From an uncultured Armatimonadetes bacterium (lineage in GTDB: Bacteria; Armatimonadota; Hebobacteria; Hebobacterales; Hebobacteraceae): a stretch of 64,000 bases of DNA. Both the position numbers and the translations under genes were made by a program. Positions 58,913 to 64,000 of this stretch are shown here, one piece after another. The stretch spans positions 608,001-672,000 of the forward strand of contig OY970296.1 in assembly GCA_963716175.1 (NCBI GenBank). Direction: 5' to 3'. The notes beneath the pieces are model-generated. The model worked only from the letters and a program-made list of their open reading frames with translations, was not told where the DNA came from and did not search any database. Every line of letters begins with the position of its first letter. The first letter of the stretch is position 1.

Positions 58913-59644
58913 ATGGCAAGCTTGACCTACCTCTGGCTAGGAATCATCGCCGGCCTGGCAGCAACTCCGCACTGCGCGGGCATGTGCGGCGCCTTTCCTA
59001 TCCACCTCTCCCGCACCGCCGGCCGGGGAAGTCCGCTGGTGCGCCAGCTGCTCTACCTGGCTGGCAAGACGCTCACCTATGCCTTCTTCGGCGCGCTCGC
59101 CGGGCTAGCGGGACACCTGGTAGTGGAGAGCCGGTTGGTCTCCTATTCCCAGCAGGTGCTCTCTTACCTGGTGGGCGCGGCTATGATCGTCTTCGGCCTC
59201 GCCATGCTGGGGATCTCTCCCTCGGTGCGCCTTGCGCTCGGCAGCCGCCAGGAGTGGCGTTTCCCATGGCAGCTTCTCGGCGCTTTCTTCAATTCGCCCA
59301 GCCCAAGCGCAAGCTTCTTGCTGGGCGTGGGAACCGGGTTCCTCCCCTGCCCTATCACCCTTGCTTTGGTGGCGGCCTCCGCGGCCAGCCATTCCGTGGC
59401 TCTCGGCATGCTCACCATGGTCGGGCTCGGCGTCGGCACGTCCGCGGTCCTGCTCGGCATTGGCCTCTCGGGCACACTGGTGGACAGGCGGGTGCGCCGC
59501 ATTGGGCTGCGCGGCGCCGGGGCGATCGTGGTCCTGATCGGCGTGATCGTCATGCTCCGCCCTACCGGGGTGCTATGCCGCCTCCTGCCCCATCCGGGAG
59601 GGTTTGCCACGCTGCTCACGACTGATCGTCAGGAGAGCCCGTGA
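58913..59644 (+). CDS. DsbD_2/TauE-like membrane protein (cbb3 assembly-associated)
   Basis: HCAGMCG, Y.AGK..TY, GFLPCP; several TM helices. Confidence 0.85.
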   Translation: MASLTYLWLGIIAGLAATPHCAGMCGAFPIHLSRTAGRGSPLVRQLLYLAGKTLTYAFFGALAGLAGHLVVESRLVSYSQQVLSYLVGAAMIVFGLAMLGISPSVRLALGSRQEWRFPWQLLGAFFNSPSPSASFLLGVGTGFLPCPITLALVAASAASHSVALGMLTMVGLGVGTSAVLLGIGLSGTLVDRRVRRIGLRGAGAIVVLIGVIVMLRPTGVLCRLLPHPGGFATLLTTDRQESP

Positions 59645-61743
59645 CCCGCGCCCTATGCCATCACTGCGGCCTGCCGGTGGGGGCGCTCAACTACCGAGGC
59701 CAGGAACACCCGTTCTGCTGCTATGGCTGCTACCTGGCCTGGCGGATCGTGGGAGAGCAGGGGCAGGCCGGCCCCTTCAGCGGCATCCTCGCCCGTCTCG
59801 GCATCGCGGGGGTGTTGGCGATGAACGTGATGATGGTCAGCCTCCTGCTCTACTCCGACTCGCTGGCGGGGATCGGCAGTGAGGCGATCAGGGTCTTCCG
59901 CTGGGTGCTGCTTGGGCTTTCTCTCCCCGTGCTGGCGATGCTGAGCCCGCCCTTCTTGCGAGGCGCGGTCCGAGACTTGCGCCAAGGCCAACCCCGAATG
60001 GACACCTTGATCGCGGTGGGCGCACTGGCCAGCTTCGGTGTCAGCGCGGCGCACGTGATAGAGAACCGCGGCTACATCTACTTCGATACCGCCGCCATGC
60101 TGCTGGTGCTGGTCACCGTCGGCCGCCTGCTGGAGGCCTCGGCCCGAGTCGAGGCCTCGCGTGCGCTGCAGGAACTGGTCCAACTGAAGCCCCCGATGGC
60201 GCGTCTGATCGGTCAGGGCGGTGACCAGGAGATACCGGTCGAGCAGGTCCGTGTCGGGGATCGAGTGCGAGTCCGGCCCGGCGAGCTGGTGCCGGCGGAC
60301 GGCGTCATCAGAGCCGGGGCGTCCTCGGTGCACGAGGCCGCGCTGACCGGGGAGTTCCACCCCCGTCCGTGCCAACCGGGGGACCGGGTTTTCGGCGGCA
60401 GCGCCAACGGCGAGGGCGAGATCATCCTGGAGGCCACTGCGGTCGGTGAAGGGACCCTGCTGGACCAGATCGCACGGCTGGTGAGGGAAGCCCAGGCCCG
60501 GCGCGCCCCGGCCGAGCGCCTGGCCGATCGCGCTGCCAGTGTCTTCGTGCCGCTGGTCTTCCTCATCGCCTCCGGGGCGTTGGGCTATTGGCTGTGGCAG
60601 GGAGATGCGGCGAAGGGCGGCATGAGCGCGCTGGCGGTGCTGGTGGTGGCCTGTCCCTGCGCCCTGGGTCTGGCCACCCCCCTGGCCATCTGCGTCGCCA
60701 TCGCCCGCGCCGCCCGCGAGGGAGTGCTGGTGCGGGCCGGCGAGGCCCTGGAGAAACTGTCCCGCGTCAGCACGGTGATCTTCGACAAGACCGGAACCTT
60801 GAGCGAGGGACTCCCTACGCTACGAGAGATCGCCTGCTGCCCAGCCGCGGCCTGCCGCCAGGATGAGGCGCTGGCCTGGCTGGCCTCCCTGGAGGGGGCG
60901 AGCGAGCATATCGTCGCCAGGAGCATTGTGAGCGCGGCCACCAACCGCGGCCTGGCGCTCGGCACAACCGAGGGGTTCCGCGCTTTCCCCGGCCAGGGCG
61001 CGCAGGGCCGGGTAGTGATGAACGGAACTCCTAGAGAGCTATGGGCCGGCACCCCGGCATTCCTCGAACAGCACGGCATTGACATCTCCTGCGCCGAAGC
61101 TCTGTCTGATCCTGAGCCCGCAGACACACTGGTCTTCGTTGCCTGGGAGGGGCGGGCGCGAGCGCGGGCGCGGCTGTCTGATAGCCCCCGGCCGGAGGCG
61201 GCCCAGGCCGTCCGCGAGCTCCAGCAGCAGCGCCTCGCGGTCATGATGCTCTCCGGCGATCGCCAGTCGGCGGCCGGCCATTTCGGCAGGGCCATCGGGA
61301 TTGCTGAAGTGAAAGCCGAACGCAATCCGGCAGAGAAGATCGCGGAGGTGCGCGCCCAGAAGGAGCGCGGGCGCGTGGTGGCGGTGGTGGGCGATGGCAT
61401 CAATGACGCGCCGGCCTTGGCCGAGGCCGATGTCGGTATCGCCATGGGCGGCGGCACTGATCTGGCGAGGGAAGTCGGCGATGTCACACTGCTGCGAGAT
61501 CGCCTGCTGCTCATCCCCTGGTCGCTCAAGCTGGCGCGCAGCACCTACCGCGTGATCCGCCAGAATCTGCTGTGGGCATTCGGCTACAATCTGGCCGCCA
61601 TCGGCCTCGCCTTCTTCGGCTATCTCCACCCCTTGATCGCGGCCCTCGCCATGCTGGGCAGCAGCTTGTTCGTGATCAGGAATTCGCTGGGATTAGCGCG
61701 GCAACCAGGCGGCTCACCTGAGTTGCGGCCGCAAGAGGCCTGA
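59641..61743 (+). CDS. ccoI: P1B-type heavy-metal (Cu) ATPase, CcoI-like
   Basis: CHHCGLP..FCCYGC N-domain, TGE, CPCALG, DKTGT, SEH, GDGINDAP, YN, M..SS. Confidence 0.85.
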   Translation: MTRALCHHCGLPVGALNYRGQEHPFCCYGCYLAWRIVGEQGQAGPFSGILARLGIAGVLAMNVMMVSLLLYSDSLAGIGSEAIRVFRWVLLGLSLPVLAMLSPPFLRGAVRDLRQGQPRMDTLIAVGALASFGVSAAHVIENRGYIYFDTAAMLLVLVTVGRLLEASARVEASRALQELVQLKPPMARLIGQGGDQEIPVEQVRVGDRVRVRPGELVPADGVIRAGASSVHEAALTGEFHPRPCQPGDRVFGGSANGEGEIILEATAVGEGTLLDQIARLVREAQARRAPAERLADRAASVFVPLVFLIASGALGYWLWQGDAAKGGMSALAVLVVACPCALGLATPLAICVAIARAAREGVLVRAGEALEKLSRVSTVIFDKTGTLSEGLPTLREIACCPAAACRQDEALAWLASLEGASEHIVARSIVSAATNRGLALGTTEGFRAFPGQGAQGRVVMNGTPRELWAGTPAFLEQHGIDISCAEALSDPEPADTLVFVAWEGRARARARLSDSPRPEAAQAVRELQQQRLAVMMLSGDRQSAAGHFGRAIGIAEVKAERNPAEKIAEVRAQKERGRVVAVVGDGINDAPALAEADVGIAMGGGTDLAREVGDVTLLRDRLLLIPWSLKLARSTYRVIRQNLLWAFGYNLAAIGLAFFGYLHPLIAALAMLGSSLFVIRNSLGLARQPGGSPELRPQEA

Positions 61744-61745
61744 CC

Positions 61746-62833
61746 TCACCCGCCGCCCGTCTGCTTGCTCTTGCCGGCGATGGTGGCCATCAGGGTATCG
61801 AAGGAGTCGGCGAATAGCTTGACGCCATCGGTCGTGAGCTGTTCCGTGATGGCGTCGAGGCTGATGCCCAGCTCCTTCAGCCGCGCGAGCTGGGCCTTCG
61901 CCTCGCCCAATCCTCTTTCCAGGGTGAGTGCGACCTTGCCGTGATCCAAGAAGGCCTCGAGAGTGGCTGGCGGCACCGTGTTTACCGTGTGCGGCCCGAT
62001 CAGCTCGTCCACGTAGAGCGTATCCGGGTACTTGGGGTTCTTGGTGCTGGTGCTCGCCCACAGCGGCCTCTGCACCCGCGCGCCCGGCTCGCCAGCTTGT
62101 CCCAGCGAGGCCCGCGGAAGATCTCCCGGAACCTGGCATAGGCGACCTTGGCGTTGGCGATGGCGAGCTTGCCCAGCAGCTCGGTGTTCCCGCGCTGCTC
62201 CAGCTCCTTGTCCGCCATGGTGTCCACTCGACTCACGAAGAAAGAGGCCACCGAGGCCACCCGCGAGATGTCCTTCCCCTCCGCCAGCCGCTTCTCCAGG
62301 CCCTTGATATAGGCCTCGGCCGAGGCCTCGTACATCGCCAGCGAGAAGAGGAGCGTGACGTTGACGTTCACCGCATGCGCGATCAGCTCCTCGATCGCCG
62401 GGATGCCTTCCTTCGTGCCAGGCACCTTGATGAAGACATTCGGCCGGCCGAGCTTGGCGAACAGATCCTTGGCGCTGGCGACCGTCCCGGCCGTATCGTA
62501 GGCTAAGGCGGGGCTTACTTCCAGGCTGACATAGCCATCGCCGGTGGCGTCATGAACGGGCCGGAGGACGTCAGCCGCGCGGCCGATGTCCTCCAGCACC
62601 AGGGCCTCATAGATCTTCTCGGGGGATCTGCCCTCCTTGGCGAAGCGAGCCAGATCCTGGTCGTAGTCGCTGCTGCTGTCAACCGCCTTCTCCAGAATGC
62701 TCGGGTTCGAGGTAACCCCGCGCACGCCGCGGTTGATCCAGCCCTGCAGCTCGCCGCCCACTACGAAGGAGCGGCGGATATAGTCCAGCCAGACTGCTTG
62801 CCCCAGATCGGATAGTTCCTTGATGGTGGCCAT
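61746..62833 (-). CDS. tal: Transaldolase, frameshifted near 62084
   Basis: [40 protein letters not shown]; [13 protein letters not shown] continues in ORF 61746..62075. Confidence 0.9.
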
Positions 62834-63035
62834 CGTCTTTCTCCCTTACTTGCCTTTCGCCACAGGCAATCTACCCCGACGCCGCGCCGCCTCCTGTACC
62901 CGACGGGCCACAGCGTCGCGCCAGCGTCTTCGGGAAGGCTCAAACCTTTGCGGGCCCCCGGCAGAGGGGCTTCGGCCGAGGGCTGGCGAATAGACCATCG
63001 GCGAAACTGCTCTGGTGAGGAAAGGAACCTGTCTG

Positions 63036-63827
63036 ATGGAGATTCAGCTCGGCTGCCTCAACCGCCCCTGGTATGAGTTCACCCTGGAGGAGGCCCTGTC
63101 GGGGATTGCCGGGGCCGGCTACCAGACTGTCGGCTTCACCGGCCAGCAAGGCCGCCCAGTGTTCTCGGCGGATTCCACGGACGAAGATATCGCCCAACTC
63201 AAGTCCCTGCTCCAGCGCCACCGACTCAAGCCCCAGGTAGTGATCAGCCAGCCCGACCTGGGCCTGGAGGCCGACGAGGCAGTCTATCGTTTCCAGCGCG
63301 AGATCGAGCGGGCACAGCGGCTCGGCCTGCGGTACTTCATCCTCTGTGGCACGGCCGAGGAGAGCAAGTACGAGCAGTGGTACTCGCTGGTGGAGCGGTG
63401 CCTCGACTACGCCGGCGAGCACGGCATCACTCTCCTGCTCAAGCCCCACGGCGGCATCAGCGCCCGGAGCGGTGACCTCCTGCGTGCCGCGCGGCGGCTC
63501 TCTCATTCCAGCTTTGGCCTGTGCTACGATCCGGGCAATATCTATTACTACACCGGCGAAAAGGCGGAAGAGGACCTGCCGGCGGTGGCGAAACAGGTCC
63601 GGGCGATGTGCATCAAAGACGAGCGAGGCGGCAGGCACGGCGAGGTCATGATCACACCGGGCACCGGGCTGGTGGACTTCCACCGCATCTTCTCCCTCCT
63701 GGGCGAGGCCGGGTTCCGAGGCCCGTGTTGGGTTGAGTGCGTGGGAGGGAAGACGGTGGCCGAGATCAACTCCGAGGCCAAGAAGACCTATCAGTTCGTC
63801 ACGGAAACCGTGGCGGGCCTCGCGTAG
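63036..63827 (+). CDS. Sugar phosphate isomerase/epimerase-like TIM barrel
   Basis: LKPHGG, CYDPGN, CIKD, PGTGLVDF, GF.GPCWVE. Confidence 0.8.
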   Translation: MEIQLGCLNRPWYEFTLEEALSGIAGAGYQTVGFTGQQGRPVFSADSTDEDIAQLKSLLQRHRLKPQVVISQPDLGLEADEAVYRFQREIERAQRLGLRYFILCGTAEESKYEQWYSLVERCLDYAGEHGITLLLKPHGGISARSGDLLRAARRLSHSSFGLCYDPGNIYYYTGEKAEEDLPAVAKQVRAMCIKDERGGRHGEVMITPGTGLVDFHRIFSLLGEAGFRGPCWVECVGGKTVAEINSEAKKTYQFVTETVAGLA

Positions 63828-63878
63828 GGACGTGATTCATCACGCCCGCGCTCAGGGCGCCATGAACTGCGCCCCTAC
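63824..63878. repeat. GTAG-tagged REP-like inverted doublet
   Basis: GTAGGGACGTGATTCATCACGCCC ... GGGCGCCATGAACTGCGCCCCTAC, overlapping the stop codon as at 13474. Confidence 0.65.
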
Positions 63879-63881
63879 CTA

Positions 63882-63977
63882 CTGAGCTTCGCTCAAAGAA
63901 GTAAGGGGGCGAAGCTCAGGCAACTGCTCAGACGGGCCCAGAGCGGCGTTCGCACATTACTTCTTTGTGCGAACGCC
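63882..63977. other. Two hairpins with complementary loops
   Basis: CTGAGCTTCGC/GCGAAGCTCAG stem with AAGAAGTAA in its loop; GGCGTTCGCACA/TGTGCGAACGCC stem with loop TTACTTCTT. Confidence 0.6.
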
Positions 63978-64000
63978 ATTAGCCGCTGCAGCCGATGAGA

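Noticed and set aside
61746-62833. Programmed frameshifting in tal, actF or the amidohydrolase
   Set aside because: No canonical slippery heptamer; indels in homopolymer or dinucleotide runs fit sequencing error better.

Overview
High-GC bacterial chromosomal window, probably from a metagenome/long-read assembly. The gene content resembles Armatimonadota, but this is only an impression. It holds about 62 protein genes and two tRNAs (Gly-CCC, Cys-GCA). The left and middle parts are mostly sugar and pentose-phosphate metabolism, a pterin operon (flavoprotein reductase-phhB-folM-folB-folK-folE) ending in a stand-alone LigD phosphoesterase, a MazEF plus nuclease islet, and an ABC-exporter operon with unusual permease fusions. 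A long catabolic run ends in a glycyl-radical enzyme (GRE) with atypical motifs (DGCWE, RMGGW) and its activase. The right part encodes a rearranged alternative complex III (actB-C-D-F-A ... actE) interleaved with a cbb3-type oxidase module and a divergent Cu-ATPase. The most unexpected signal is a ~50-nt structured palindromic element that sits in frame inside the GRE gene (about 16 extra residues). It recurs at 41/50 identity inside a nest of palindromes beside the tRNAs, and in degenerate form between actA and ccoN. Three genes carry frameshifts that look like sequencing errors. No CRISPR array, integrase, transposase or rRNA was seen. All calls come from reading motifs by eye; no database search was run.
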